Numbered from the stretch's first letter, positions 43,250 to 53,183 are shown. The stretch: 64,000 nt of DNA from an uncultured Clostridia bacterium (GCA_937875545.1 CALLYE010000073.1:12237-76236); one strand, 5' to 3'. Made by a program: numbers and translations. Notes: a model not told the origin generated them from the letters alone.

Positions 43250-44646
43250 TGAAATTTTATAACACACTCACACGCACAAAAGAAGAGTTCTCGCCGCTGA
43301 CGGACAACACTGTCCGGATTTATTCCTGCGGCCCGACGGTTTATAACTACGCGCATATCGGCAACATGCGCACATACATTTTCATGGACCTGCTCCGCCG
43401 GGCGCTGCAATACAACGGATATAAGCTGCTCCACGTGATGAACATCACGGACGTGGGACATCTTGTCTCCGACGCCGACGAGGGCGAGGATAAAATGGTC
43501 AAAGCCAGCCGCGAACAGAAGAAATCGCCGTGGGAGATCGCGGATTTTTACACCGCCGCCTTTATGCGCGATATTGAAAAATTAAATATCGGCAAGCCGG
43601 AGATAATCGCGCGTGCCACAGACCACATCGCGGATATGTTGGATTTCGTTAAAAAGCTCGTTGAGGCAGGGCGGGCGTATGAAACCTCCGACGGTATTTA
43701 TTATGACATAGGACAATTCAGCGAGTACGGTATGCTGTCCGGGCTGAACCTTGACGAACAGCAGGCGGGTGCGCGCGTCGAGATAAACACCGAAAAGCGT
43801 CATCCCGCCGACTTCACCGTCTGGATAAAAGCTCCCAAGGAGCACATTATGCAGTGGGATTCGCCGTGGGGTATGGGATACCCCGGCTGGCATATCGAGT
43901 GCTCGGCTATGGGGCTGAAATATCTCGGCGAATATTTTGACATCCACACCGGCGGCGTCGACCATATACCGATCCACCACGAAAACGAGATAGCCCAGAC
44001 CTGCGGGCTTTTCGGTCATCCCGCCGCGAAATTTTGGCTGCACGGCGAATTTATGCTTGTGGACGGCGGCAAGATGTCGAAAAGTCTGGGCAACACCTAT
44101 ACGCTCGACAATCTGTCGGAGCGCGGTTATGACCCGCTCGATTTCCGCTATTTCTGTCTTAACGCGCATTACAGACAGAAGCTCAACTTCACTTTCACCG
44201 GTATGGATTCGGCGAAAAAGTCGCTGGGCAATCTCCGCGCGGCTGTTTTATCGCATAAAGGCGCGGACGGCGCTCTTCCCGGCGGCGTACTCGAGGGCTT
44301 TATCGCCGAGTTTGAAGACGCGGTAGCCGATGACATCAACATCCCCCGCGCGCTGGGCATCGTCTGGAATATGGCTCGGTATGAGGTAAAAAGCGACGCG
44401 ATTTACAATGCCATCCTTGTACTCGACCGCGTGCTGGGGCTTGATTTGAGCCGGTCCGTGTCGGAGCCGCCCTCCGAGCGTTTCACCGATGAGGAAGCGG
44501 CCGAGATCGAAGCGGCGATACAGGCGCGGGCTGACGCGAAGAAAGCGAAAAACTATGCCGAAGCCGACCGTATCCGCACGGATCTTGCCGCCCGGGGCAT
44601 TGTGCTGACCGATACCAAAGAAGGCACTTCATATACGAAGACTTGA
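43249..44646 (+). CDS. cysS: cysteine--tRNA ligase
   Basis: HIGN (AHIGNMR) and KMSKS motifs. The start overlaps the cysE stop (TAATG). Confidence 0.93.
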   Translation: MKFYNTLTRTKEEFSPLTDNTVRIYSCGPTVYNYAHIGNMRTYIFMDLLRRALQYNGYKLLHVMNITDVGHLVSDADEGEDKMVKASREQKKSPWEIADFYTAAFMRDIEKLNIGKPEIIARATDHIADMLDFVKKLVEAGRAYETSDGIYYDIGQFSEYGMLSGLNLDEQQAGARVEINTEKRHPADFTVWIKAPKEHIMQWDSPWGMGYPGWHIECSAMGLKYLGEYFDIHTGGVDHIPIHHENEIAQTCGLFGHPAAKFWLHGEFMLVDGGKMSKSLGNTYTLDNLSERGYDPLDFRYFCLNAHYRQKLNFTFTGMDSAKKSLGNLRAAVLSHKGADGALPGGVLEGFIAEFEDAVADDINIPRALGIVWNMARYEVKSDAIYNAILVLDRVLGLDLSRSVSEPPSERFTDEEAAEIEAAIQARADAKKAKNYAEADRIRTDLAARGIVLTDTKEGTSYTKT

Positions 44647-44701
44647 CAATGCACACAGGCAGTATTTACACCTTGCAGTGCGCAATGCGACGTAGCTTCG
44701 C

Positions 44702-46246
44702 ATGAAAAATTCTCTGAAAAATTGTGATGTAACAATGCCAAACAAATTCAAACGCGCCTTTTCACTGCTGCTTGCCGCCGTTATCATTTTAACAATGCCC
44801 TCCTGCGGTATCATAATAATCAATAAAGGCGCCGAGAGCATCTCCGAAACAGGCGGCGCCTCAAAAATAAGTGAGCTTACCGACGGTCAGTCAACAACGC
44901 AATCGGTCACCTATGAAAAAATCACCACCGGCGACGCCGCGGCCGCCGCAAAATCGGCGCTTGATAAAATAACCGCGCGAGACTTCGGCGGCATCAGCAT
45001 TTTTATCGCCTCGACAGCGCCAGAGGCGTTCGTTCCTTCTTCCGCGGGCGATGACATGCCGGCAGCGCGCAACACGCGTAAAAAGCTTGTCGAGGAAAAA
45101 TTAAACACACAGATATTAACCATCTCCGGCACTTCCGCACAAATTTTTGAAGATCTGCGCACCGCCGAAAAAGCGGGGGTTTATTATGCCGATATTATAG
45201 CCGTACCGCTGTCGGAGCTGGGTAAATTCATCGCGGAGGGACTGCTGCTCAAGCTTAATTCCCTTCCCTTCCTTGATCTTGGCGCCGAATGGTTTGACGC
45301 CGACGGCATGACGCAGGCTGCGGCGGATATGAACGCGGCGTATACGGTGATCGGCGCGGTCAACGAAGAACCGGGCGATCTGTATTCGATTTTCTGGAAC
45401 CGCGATCTGACCGATTCGGTGAACGCGGGCAATCTTTACAAGCTCGCCAATAACGGCGTTTGGATCTGGGACTATATGCTGACCTGCGCGCGCGCGCTTA
45501 CGAAAATCGACGGGCCGCAGGAAACGTCGTCAGCCGCGCCATACGGCATTTGTTCATCTGTAAGCGCCGAAGAATTTATAAACACCTTTTTTGCCGCCTC
45601 GGGCGAACACTTCTGTAAAATGGGCGACGACGGCATCCTTTCCGCCGCGTTCGGCGGTAACCGCGCTTCCGCGGCAGCGGAAAAAATCAAAAAAATATTT
45701 GCCGCCGACGCAAAACCGCTCGGCTCGCTGACGGACATGCGGGAAAGCAGCGGGATAAGCGCATTTTACAACGGCAATTCCGCTTTCATCCTCGCCCCGC
45801 TTGCCGGTGCGGATTGGTTCGTCAACATGAAGCCGAATTGGGGCATCCTGCCCATACCCAAATACGATGAAGCGCAGGACAAGTATTATTCCCCCTTAAG
45901 CAGCGGCGCGCTTTCTTTCTCAACGCCGAAAAGCAACCCGAATATTGAGGCGGCGGGCGTTTTCATCTCCGCCTTTTCCGCCGCGACCGGCGACCTTATT
46001 TCCGACGCGTTTTATTCGCACATGATAAAACACGTCATACGCGACGACCGCTGGCTTGATATGATAGATCTGATCCGGGGCGGCGCGGTAATCGACTTTG
46101 CGCGGATTTTCGGTTCCGGAAACAAAGTCATCGCGGCGGCGACATATGAATCCCTTTATAATGCCGTGCGCGGCAAGGCGACGCTGGGCTATTATTTCAA
46201 GCAGCACGCCAAGACACTTGACGCGCAGATACGTAAATTATCATGA
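44702..46246 (+). CDS. lipoprotein, solute-binding-protein-like, no adjacent permease (paralog-like to 28469-29926)
   Basis: Lipobox MPSCG. It shares local patterns with the other SBP-like protein. The start could be ATG 44702 or ATG 44735; neither has a clear SD. Confidence 0.6.
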   Translation: MKNSLKNCDVTMPNKFKRAFSLLLAAVIILTMPSCGIIIINKGAESISETGGASKISELTDGQSTTQSVTYEKITTGDAAAAAKSALDKITARDFGGISIFIASTAPEAFVPSSAGDDMPAARNTRKKLVEEKLNTQILTISGTSAQIFEDLRTAEKAGVYYADIIAVPLSELGKFIAEGLLLKLNSLPFLDLGAEWFDADGMTQAAADMNAAYTVIGAVNEEPGDLYSIFWNRDLTDSVNAGNLYKLANNGVWIWDYMLTCARALTKIDGPQETSSAAPYGICSSVSAEEFINTFFAASGEHFCKMGDDGILSAAFGGNRASAAAEKIKKIFAADAKPLGSLTDMRESSGISAFYNGNSAFILAPLAGADWFVNMKPNWGILPIPKYDEAQDKYYSPLSSGALSFSTPKSNPNIEAAGVFISAFSAATGDLISDAFYSHMIKHVIRDDRWLDMIDLIRGGAVIDFARIFGSGNKVIAAATYESLYNAVRGKATLGYYFKQHAKTLDAQIRKLS

Positions 46247-46323
46247 ATTAAACATAATAAAACGGGTACACATATAGATGTGCTTTATATCATGTAAATA
46301 TTATGTGAATTCTCATGCCGAGG

Positions 46324-46352
46324 TTTACTTATTAGGCAAAATATGATATAAT
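46324..46352 (+). promoter_or_regulatory. candidate promoter TTTACT-17-TATAAT upstream of rpsO
   Basis: Hexamers at 46324-46329 and 46347-46352 with a 17-nt spacer. This would give a leader of about 165 nt. Confidence 0.45.
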
Positions 46353-46525
46353 AATATCTGTTTGTTAACGCGCGCCCAGTTTTCAGGCCTAAAGGGGCGG
46401 ACAAGCGAAAAATTGCTTAAGTTTATTCTGTAAAGCAAAATCGAACATGTCCAATGCCCGCTTCACCCGCCGTCTGCTGAGTATGACGTTAATAGTATAA
46501 AATTTTTATAAAAAGGTGAAACACA

Positions 46526-46789
46526 ATGCAGAAAGAAACCAAAACCCAGATTATCGTGGGTAACAGCATCCATGAAGGCGACACAGGCTCTCCCGAGGTG
46601 CAGATCGCGCTGCTGACAGCGCGTATTGCAAACCTGACCGAGCATTTGAAGACTAATAAAAAAGACCACCACTCGCGCCGCGGGCTGTTGAAAATGGTCG
46701 GTCACCGCAGAAATCTGCTTAACTATCTGATGAAAAAAGACATTAACCGCTACCGCGCAATCATAGAAAAACTCAACATCAGAAAGTAA
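46526..46789 (+). CDS. rpsO: 30S ribosomal protein S15
   Basis: [43 protein letters not shown] is the canonical S15 pattern. AAAGGTGA SD upstream. Confidence 0.93.
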   Translation: MQKETKTQIIVGNSIHEGDTGSPEVQIALLTARIANLTEHLKTNKKDHHSRRGLLKMVGHRRNLLNYLMKKDINRYRAIIEKLNIRK

Positions 46790-46809
46790 TCGCCGGTTTT
46801 AACAAAACC

Positions 46810-46856
46810 TTGTAGGGGCGTCAGCGTTTACAAACGTTGGTCGCCCATCATTTTTA
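46810..46856 (+). terminator. rho-independent terminator of the TGTAGGGGCG hairpin family
   Basis: TTGTAGGGGCGTCAGCGTT-TACAA-ACGTTGGTCGCCC followed by ATCATTTTT. Confidence 0.7.
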
Positions 46857-46925
46857 AAAAACAAGTTATTTTTGAATGAAGAGAATGTCAATTTTGGAGC
46901 AATCTTGACAGAAAGAAGAAGAAAG

Positions 46926-49139
46926 ATGTTTGAAAATTACCGCGAATTTCATTATACGCTGGCAGGACGCCCGCTGACAATCGAAACAGGTAAAATGGCG
47001 GGGCTCGCAAACGGCGCCTGCCTTGTCCGTTACGGAGATACCGCGATCCTTGCCACCGCCACCGCCAGCGCCAAGCCGCGCGACGGCATAGATTATTTGC
47101 CGCTGTCCGTCGATTTTGATGAGCGTCAATATGCCGCGGGAAAAATCCCCGGCGGATTTTTCCGCCGCGAGGGTCGTCCGTCCGAAAAAGCGATACTCAC
47201 CTCCCGCGTTATCGACCGCCCGACCCGCCCGCTGTTCCCCAAGGATCTGCGCAACGACATCGCGCTCAACCTGCTGGTTATGTCCGTCGAAAACGACAAC
47301 TCACCCGAAATTGCCGCTATGATCGGTTCGTCGATCGCGCTTACCATCTCCGATATCCCGTGGAACGGGCCGATTGCGGGCGTTTTCGTCGGTATGGTGG
47401 ACGGCAAGTTTATTATCAACCCCACCGTCGCACAGCGTGAAGCGAGCATACTCGAGCTGACCGTCGCGGGCACCGCTGAAAAAGTCGTCATGATCGAAGC
47501 CGGCGCGAAAGAAGTGTCTGACAGCGACATGTACAATGCAATAATGTTCGCCCACGAAGAAATAAAGAAAATTTGCGCCTTTATTTCTTCGATACAGGCT
47601 GAGGTCGGCAAACCCAAGTTTGCATACACCGCCGTCGACGTCGATCCTGATATATATGAGAAAGTCAAGGCTTTCTGCGTCGAAGAAGTCAAATCGGCGC
47701 TTGATACCGACGATAAAAATGTCCGCGACGCCGCGATGAATATCGTCACCGACAAAGTTTACGCCGAATTTGACGAGGAATATCCCGACAGCCACCCGAT
47801 GATGAACGAGGTGCTGTACAAGCTGCAAAAATCGGTCGTACGCGAATGGCTGCTCCAGGGCAAGCGCGTTGACGGGCGCAGGCTCGACGAGATCCGCCCG
47901 CTTGCGGCGGAGGTCGGTCTGCTCCCCCGTGTGCACGGCAGCGGTATGTTCACGCGCGGTCAGACACAGGTCATCACCACCGCGACGCTCGGTTCGCTTG
48001 CAGACGCGCAGGAGCTGGACGGTATTGACGAAGACAACACCAAGCGCTATATGCACCATTACAACATGCCGCCGTTCTCGACCGGCGAAGCAAAACCCAC
48101 CCGCAGCCCCGGACGCCGCGAAGTCGGTCATGGCGCGCTGTCAGAACGCTCGCTTGTTCCCGTTCTGCCCTCGCTTGACGAATTCCCCTACGCTATCCGC
48201 TGCGTATCGGAGGTAATATCCTCCAACGGCTCGACCTCCCAGGCATCGGTCTGCGGTTCGACGCTGGCGCTGATGGACGCGGGTGTACCGATTAAATCAC
48301 CTGTGGCGGGTATCTCCTGCGGCCTTATCACAGAAGGCGACCGCTGGATGACGATGATTGATATCCAGGGCGTCGAGGACTTTTTCGGCGATATGGACTT
48401 CAAAGTCGCCGGCACGCATAAAGGCATCACCTCTATACAAATGGATCTAAAGATCGACGGTCTGACGCCCGAGATCATTAAAAACGCGCTCGAGACGACC
48501 CATAAAGGGCGCGATTATATCATCGACGAGATACTCCTCAAAGCGATACCCGCGCCGCGTCCCGAGGTGTCGCGCTACGCTCCCAAGATGATCTCTCTGA
48601 AGATCGACCCCGAGAAGATCGGCGACGTTATCGGGCCGAAGGGTAAAATTATTCAGAAGATACAGGCTGAAACCGGCGCGAAGATTGACATCGAGGACGA
48701 CGGCTCCGTATTCATCGCGGCAGTCAATCCCGAGTCGGGTATGATTGCCAAACGCATGATCGAGAACATCGTGTTCGAGCCGGAAGTCGGTACGATTTAC
48801 ACCGGTAAAGTGACGCGCGTGATACCCATCGGCGCGTTCGTGGAGTTCGCGCCCGGCAAAGAAGGCATGGTGCATATCTCCAAGCTTGAAAATTACCGCG
48901 TGGAAAAAGTTGAGGACGTGTGCAACGTGGGCGACACGATCACCGTCAAGTTCCTCGGTATGGACGAAAAAGGTCGTATGAACCTCAGCCGCAAAGACGC
49001 TATGCCGAGAACGGAAGGCGCCGGCGAAGGCGCTTCGCACGAATTTAAGCCCTCCGCACCGCGTGAGGAAAAATCATCCGATACAACTTTCCGCCCCCGC
49101 CGTCCCTTCCGCAGACCGCGCGACGGCGGCGACGAGTAA
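46926..49139 (+). CDS. pnp: polyribonucleotide nucleotidyltransferase (PNPase)
   Basis: Two RNase PH domains, a KH domain (IGPKGKIIQKIQAETGAKIDI) and an S1 domain (GKVTRVIPIGAFVEF), plus a basic/acidic C-terminal tail. Start set at ATG 46926 (MFENYREFHY...). Confidence 0.93.
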   Translation: MFENYREFHYTLAGRPLTIETGKMAGLANGACLVRYGDTAILATATASAKPRDGIDYLPLSVDFDERQYAAGKIPGGFFRREGRPSEKAILTSRVIDRPTRPLFPKDLRNDIALNLLVMSVENDNSPEIAAMIGSSIALTISDIPWNGPIAGVFVGMVDGKFIINPTVAQREASILELTVAGTAEKVVMIEAGAKEVSDSDMYNAIMFAHEEIKKICAFISSIQAEVGKPKFAYTAVDVDPDIYEKVKAFCVEEVKSALDTDDKNVRDAAMNIVTDKVYAEFDEEYPDSHPMMNEVLYKLQKSVVREWLLQGKRVDGRRLDEIRPLAAEVGLLPRVHGSGMFTRGQTQVITTATLGSLADAQELDGIDEDNTKRYMHHYNMPPFSTGEAKPTRSPGRREVGHGALSERSLVPVLPSLDEFPYAIRCVSEVISSNGSTSQASVCGSTLALMDAGVPIKSPVAGISCGLITEGDRWMTMIDIQGVEDFFGDMDFKVAGTHKGITSIQMDLKIDGLTPEIIKNALETTHKGRDYIIDEILLKAIPAPRPEVSRYAPKMISLKIDPEKIGDVIGPKGKIIQKIQAETGAKIDIEDDGSVFIAAVNPESGMIAKRMIENIVFEPEVGTIYTGKVTRVIPIGAFVEFAPGKEGMVHISKLENYRVEKVEDVCNVGDTITVKFLGMDEKGRMNLSRKDAMPRTEGAGEGASHEFKPSAPREEKSSDTTFRPRRPFRRPRDGGDE

Positions 49140-49200
49140 AACGGAGATACGGGGATACGGGGACACGAGGAATACGCGTGGGGGGAGAAGCTCCCCCCAC
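49140..49200 (+). repeat. stop-proximal G-rich heptad + hairpin element (copy after pnp)
   Basis: After the TAA: A ACGGAGA TACGGGGA TACGGGGA CACGAGGAA TACGCG, then the hairpin GTGGGGGGA-GAAGC-TCCCCCCAC (49178-49200). Confidence 0.7.
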
Positions 49201-49230
49201 ACCCCGCAGACATAGACTAATATTAAAAAA

Positions 49231-49262
49231 GCATGCGCCAATAACCGGCGTATGCTTTTTTG
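49231..49262 (+). terminator. rho-independent terminator of pnp
   Basis: GCATGCGCC-AATAACC-GGCGTATGC (one mismatch) followed by TTTTTTG. Confidence 0.8.
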
Positions 49263-49346
49263 CTTTAATATGATATGTATTATATGTTCGCGGCGAACCT
49301 AAATCAAAAATACCTAAAACAATATCCGGCAAGCGGCTTGCCATTA

Positions 49347-51254
49347 TTATCTGTCATACCATTTTGCTTGCGTAGAATACAGCCTTGCATATTCGCCGTT
49401 GTTGGAAAGCAGTTCTTCGTGTGAGCCGTCCTCCACGATTTCGCCGTCCTTGAATACGACGACCCTGTCGGCGAGTGACGCGACGCTGATCCTGTGTGTA
49501 ATCATTATAACCGTTTTTCCCTCGGTCATGGCTATATATTTCTTAAAAACCTCGGCTTCGGCAAGCGGGTCAAGATTGCTCATCGGTTCGTCAAGCACGA
49601 TAAAATCCCGGTTTCGATAATACGCGCGCGCGATCGCGAGTTTTTGCCATTGGCCGCCGGACAAATCCGTTCCGCCGATATCCTTGCCGAGCATAGCATC
49701 TTTTTCGGTACCTTCGAAACCCGAAAATTCGAGAGCCGTATCGATTTGACTTTCGCTGCGTTCTCTCTCCACATCGCCTAAAAACACATTATCCGCGATG
49801 GTAAATGTGTTAAATCTCGCCGGTTCCTGGAATACGCACGACAATCGGTTATATTTAATCGAAGGCTCCATGTCCTTGACGTTAACACCGTTAATTATTA
49901 TATCGCCGCATGCGGGTTCAAGCATCCCGGTCAGCAGCTTGATAAACGTCGTCTTGCCGGCGCCGTTTTCACCGACGAACGCGACCTTTTCTCCTTTGTT
50001 TATTGTAAAACTTACGTTTTTAATCCTAAATTCGTCCGTTAACGGATAACGGTAGGTTATATTGCGAGCCTCTAGTTTTTCTATCTTTTCCGATGCATTT
50101 TCTCCGCCGATGTTTTTTGAAACTTGTTCATCTAAATCTATCAGTTCAAAAAATTGTGCCGCTTCGTTCTTCTTGGAGATAAAATTCGCCGCGGAGCTAA
50201 ACAACTGTGAGGTACTCTCCATTAATGTGCCAATAAGCGCCAGCACCGCGCCGAGAGCACCGACTGAAAGTTTTCCCTGCGTCAACAATACTATCGCGAA
50301 AACATTTGCCGCGATGCTTGCGAGATTTGAAATAAAGCCGCTCGCCGTTCCGAGCAAAAAAACGTTCATTTGATTTTTCTTTTCTTTGACGACATAATCG
50401 TCCGCGAGGACTTTCCATTTAGCAAAGAAAAAATCAAATAAATTCAGCGCCTTAACTTCCTTGGCGGAGCTGCCGAGCAAGACACCCTGATAATACCCTG
50501 CTTCGCGTAATATCTTTCCGTTGTCTCTCGAAAATTTAAAGTTCAGTTTATTACCGACATAAGTCGTATACAGCGTGGGAAGGGGCGCGACAAGGACGAT
50601 GAAGCATAATATTGGGTTGAAAATATAAAGCGAAGCCGCGACCATAACGACGGAAACGATTTTCGCGATTATTATATATCCTTCGATTATAACGCCCCTT
50701 TGGAGCGAGCTCCATTCGCTGCCCATCGAATCGAAGCTGCGGTTTATAATATCGTTTATCTTCGGCACTTCCATATAATCCGGGCGGAGCTTCGATATCT
50801 TCTTAAACAGCTTGGCTTGGAACTTCTCCTGCAAACGGTGATCCTGTACTTTACTAAGACGCTCTATGTCTTCTCCGCCGTATAAATATCGGCCTATCAA
50901 ATTATTAACAAACCCGATCAAGCCGTATAAAACCGCAAGCCCTATCAGTGAGAGTAATTGAACAGTCTGCGTATTTGCTTGGTTTATATAATTGTTTGCG
51001 CCGTCGATATACCTGCCCCAAACGAAAGCGGTTATCGGCTGCAATAGGCTTAAAACTATCGCGAGGCTCAAAAATATACCGCACATCAGTTTTGCCGATG
51101 AAAAAACATAATTGAAAAGCCGCGTCAGGTAAGATAATTTCGGCGGGTTCTCTTTGAGTATGTCGCGTTCGAAAACGGCTGTGTTATCGTCGAATTTTAT
51201 TTCATAAACAGGTTTCTTTTCTTCAACCTTGTTCTTCTTGCTTTTTTTAAACAT
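49347..51254 (-). CDS. ABC transporter ATP-binding/permease protein (type 1 exporter half-transporter, second subunit)
   Basis: Six-TM exporter domain plus an NBD with Walker A GENGAGKTT, signature LSGGQWQK and Walker B FIVLDEP. Confidence 0.88.
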   Translation of the reverse strand: MFKKSKKNKVEEKKPVYEIKFDDNTAVFERDILKENPPKLSYLTRLFNYVFSSAKLMCGIFLSLAIVLSLLQPITAFVWGRYIDGANNYINQANTQTVQLLSLIGLAVLYGLIGFVNNLIGRYLYGGEDIERLSKVQDHRLQEKFQAKLFKKISKLRPDYMEVPKINDIINRSFDSMGSEWSSLQRGVIIEGYIIIAKIVSVVMVAASLYIFNPILCFIVLVAPLPTLYTTYVGNKLNFKFSRDNGKILREAGYYQGVLLGSSAKEVKALNLFDFFFAKWKVLADDYVVKEKKNQMNVFLLGTASGFISNLASIAANVFAIVLLTQGKLSVGALGAVLALIGTLMESTSQLFSSAANFISKKNEAAQFFELIDLDEQVSKNIGGENASEKIEKLEARNITYRYPLTDEFRIKNVSFTINKGEKVAFVGENGAGKTTFIKLLTGMLEPACGDIIINGVNVKDMEPSIKYNRLSCVFQEPARFNTFTIADNVFLGDVERERSESQIDTALEFSGFEGTEKDAMLGKDIGGTDLSGGQWQKLAIARAYYRNRDFIVLDEPMSNLDPLAEAEVFKKYIAMTEGKTVIMITHRISVASLADRVVVFKDGEIVEDGSHEELLSNNGEYARLYSTQAKWYDR

Positions 51255-53067
51255 CGGCTATAACCTTCTCTCCGTTTTTCTTATACCATTGCTTCTGCGC
51301 GTTGAACATCCTGGCATAAACGCCGTCTGTTCGCATCAGCTCGTCATGTGTGCCGTTTTCTTTTATTTTCCCGTCGCTTATAACAAAAATTCGATCCGTT
51401 ATCATCGTCGAGCCCAGTCTGTGGGTTATGAATACCGCTGTTTTGTTTTCAACCATGTCGGCGAATTCGTTGTATAAATCGGCTTCAGCCATCGGGTCAA
51501 GCTGCGAGGTCGGTTCGTCGAGCAGCAGGATCGGTTTACCGCCCATAAACGCGCGTGAAATAGCAATCCTCTGCCATTGACCTCCCGATATGTCGACACC
51601 GCCTTCAAAATCCCTGCCAAGCAGCGTATCATAACCCTTTTCAAATTTTTCCGCGAATTCGTCAGCTTTGCCTTTCATCGCGGCTGTCTTAATTTTTTCG
51701 TCGTTTTCGATTTCATCTACGTCGCCGATACCGATATTTTCTTTCAGCGTTATACTGTACTTCGGAAAGTCCTGGAACACCGGACCGAACATCTTTGTCC
51801 TCACGCTTAATGGATATTCATCCAATTTCTTGCCGCCGACCAATATTTCGCCCTTGTCGGGTGTGAAAAGACCAAGCAGCAGTTTTATCATTGTTGACTT
51901 GCCTTCTCCGTTTTCGCCTACTATAGAAGCCTTCTCCCCGTCATTTATCTTGAATGACAGCCCTTTTAATATATCCTTATCCGTGCCGGGATATTTAAAC
52001 CAGACATCTTTAAACTCTATATCGAACGTTTTAGGCAGTTCCGTTTCGGTACCCTCCGGTTCATCAGACAGCTTGAAGAATTTATCGTAATAATCGTAGG
52101 AGTTTATATGGAACGGAGCCCATTTAAAAATAAAGGCGCATCCGCCAAGACTGTCATATATGCCGTTAAACATCAATCCTGTCACGGCGATAAACAGTCC
52201 CACCGACATTTGTCCATTAACAAACAGTATAAGCAAAAGAACGACGTTTACAAGAGAAGCTATTTTTGTAAGGTTGCCGCCCAATAATATTTTCCGAAGG
52301 TGCTTGAAATAATAGCGTTCGTATTCGCGGTTCCTTTCGTTTAATCTGTTTTTATATGTATCGATCAGATAATCTGAATTCCCAAACGCTTTTAATTCTT
52401 TCGCGAAATCTCTTGACCTTAAATATTGACCGAGAATACCATATTTCCGCTCTTTCTTCCAATATGTTTCCATTTCGGTATAAATATTGTAATTGTTTTT
52501 CGACGATATGTATGTTTCTATGATAAAAGGAAGCAGAACGGTGATGACAAGCCACCACTTAATATTAAAAATATACCATACTATACCAATGCTCGCGGTT
52601 ACAGAACTCAGCCAAACATTAACATACATGGGCCATAAATGCCTTGCCGAATTTTCTGCTCTGTTATACGCCTTATCGATGATTTCCGCGGACGCTTCGC
52701 TTTCGAAGTGTTCATATTTCATGGTTTTCAATTTTTTAAGCATCCGCGCTTTATAAGCCGTCCTTAAAATCAAGAGCGATCTGGGTTGAACGTAATTCCA
52801 AATAACTCCGGAAAATATGGATGGTAAAATCGCAACCACAATAAACAGAATAAGATAAATCGAATAGCTCGGAAATGATATCTCACCTCTCGCGACTGCC
52901 AATCCGCCGTCAAAAACATGCTGGTTTATATATACGCCGACAGGGGTTAATAATCCGCTGATGATCGAACAAAAAAAGGTCAGCACTACCATTACGGGCG
53001 CTTCGGAAAATATTATACCGAGCAAGTCTTTGTATGCCCTGAATATTCGCTTCATTGTAAATCGCAC
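51247..53067 (-). CDS. ABC transporter ATP-binding/permease protein (type 1 exporter half-transporter, first subunit)
   Basis: Six-TM exporter domain plus an NBD with Walker A GENGEGKST, signature ISGGQWQR and Walker B ILLLDEP. It overlaps the downstream subunit by 8 nt. Confidence 0.88.
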   Translation of the reverse strand: MRFTMKRIFRAYKDLLGIIFSEAPVMVVLTFFCSIISGLLTPVGVYINQHVFDGGLAVARGEISFPSYSIYLILFIVVAILPSIFSGVIWNYVQPRSLLILRTAYKARMLKKLKTMKYEHFESEASAEIIDKAYNRAENSARHLWPMYVNVWLSSVTASIGIVWYIFNIKWWLVITVLLPFIIETYISSKNNYNIYTEMETYWKKERKYGILGQYLRSRDFAKELKAFGNSDYLIDTYKNRLNERNREYERYYFKHLRKILLGGNLTKIASLVNVVLLLILFVNGQMSVGLFIAVTGLMFNGIYDSLGGCAFIFKWAPFHINSYDYYDKFFKLSDEPEGTETELPKTFDIEFKDVWFKYPGTDKDILKGLSFKINDGEKASIVGENGEGKSTMIKLLLGLFTPDKGEILVGGKKLDEYPLSVRTKMFGPVFQDFPKYSITLKENIGIGDVDEIENDEKIKTAAMKGKADEFAEKFEKGYDTLLGRDFEGGVDISGGQWQRIAISRAFMGGKPILLLDEPTSQLDPMAEADLYNEFADMVENKTAVFITHRLGSTMITDRIFVISDGKIKENGTHDELMRTDGVYARMFNAQKQWYKKNGEKVIADV

Positions 53068-53091
53068 CTTTATATGTATTTATTGTAGAGT

Positions 53092-53120
53092 ATTATATCA
53101 CCCCAAGTATTGTCTGTAAA
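53092..53120 (-). promoter_or_regulatory. sigma-A type promoter TTTACA-17-TATAAT of the ABC exporter operon
   Basis: On the minus strand, TTTACA (53120-53115) and TATAAT (53097-53092) with a 17-nt spacer, about 25 nt upstream of the start codon region. Confidence 0.55.
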
Positions 53121-53183
53121 TAAAGTGTTGGTTGATTTATTCACTCAAGCACCGCTTGAGCCGGTTGATTTTATAAAATTTAA

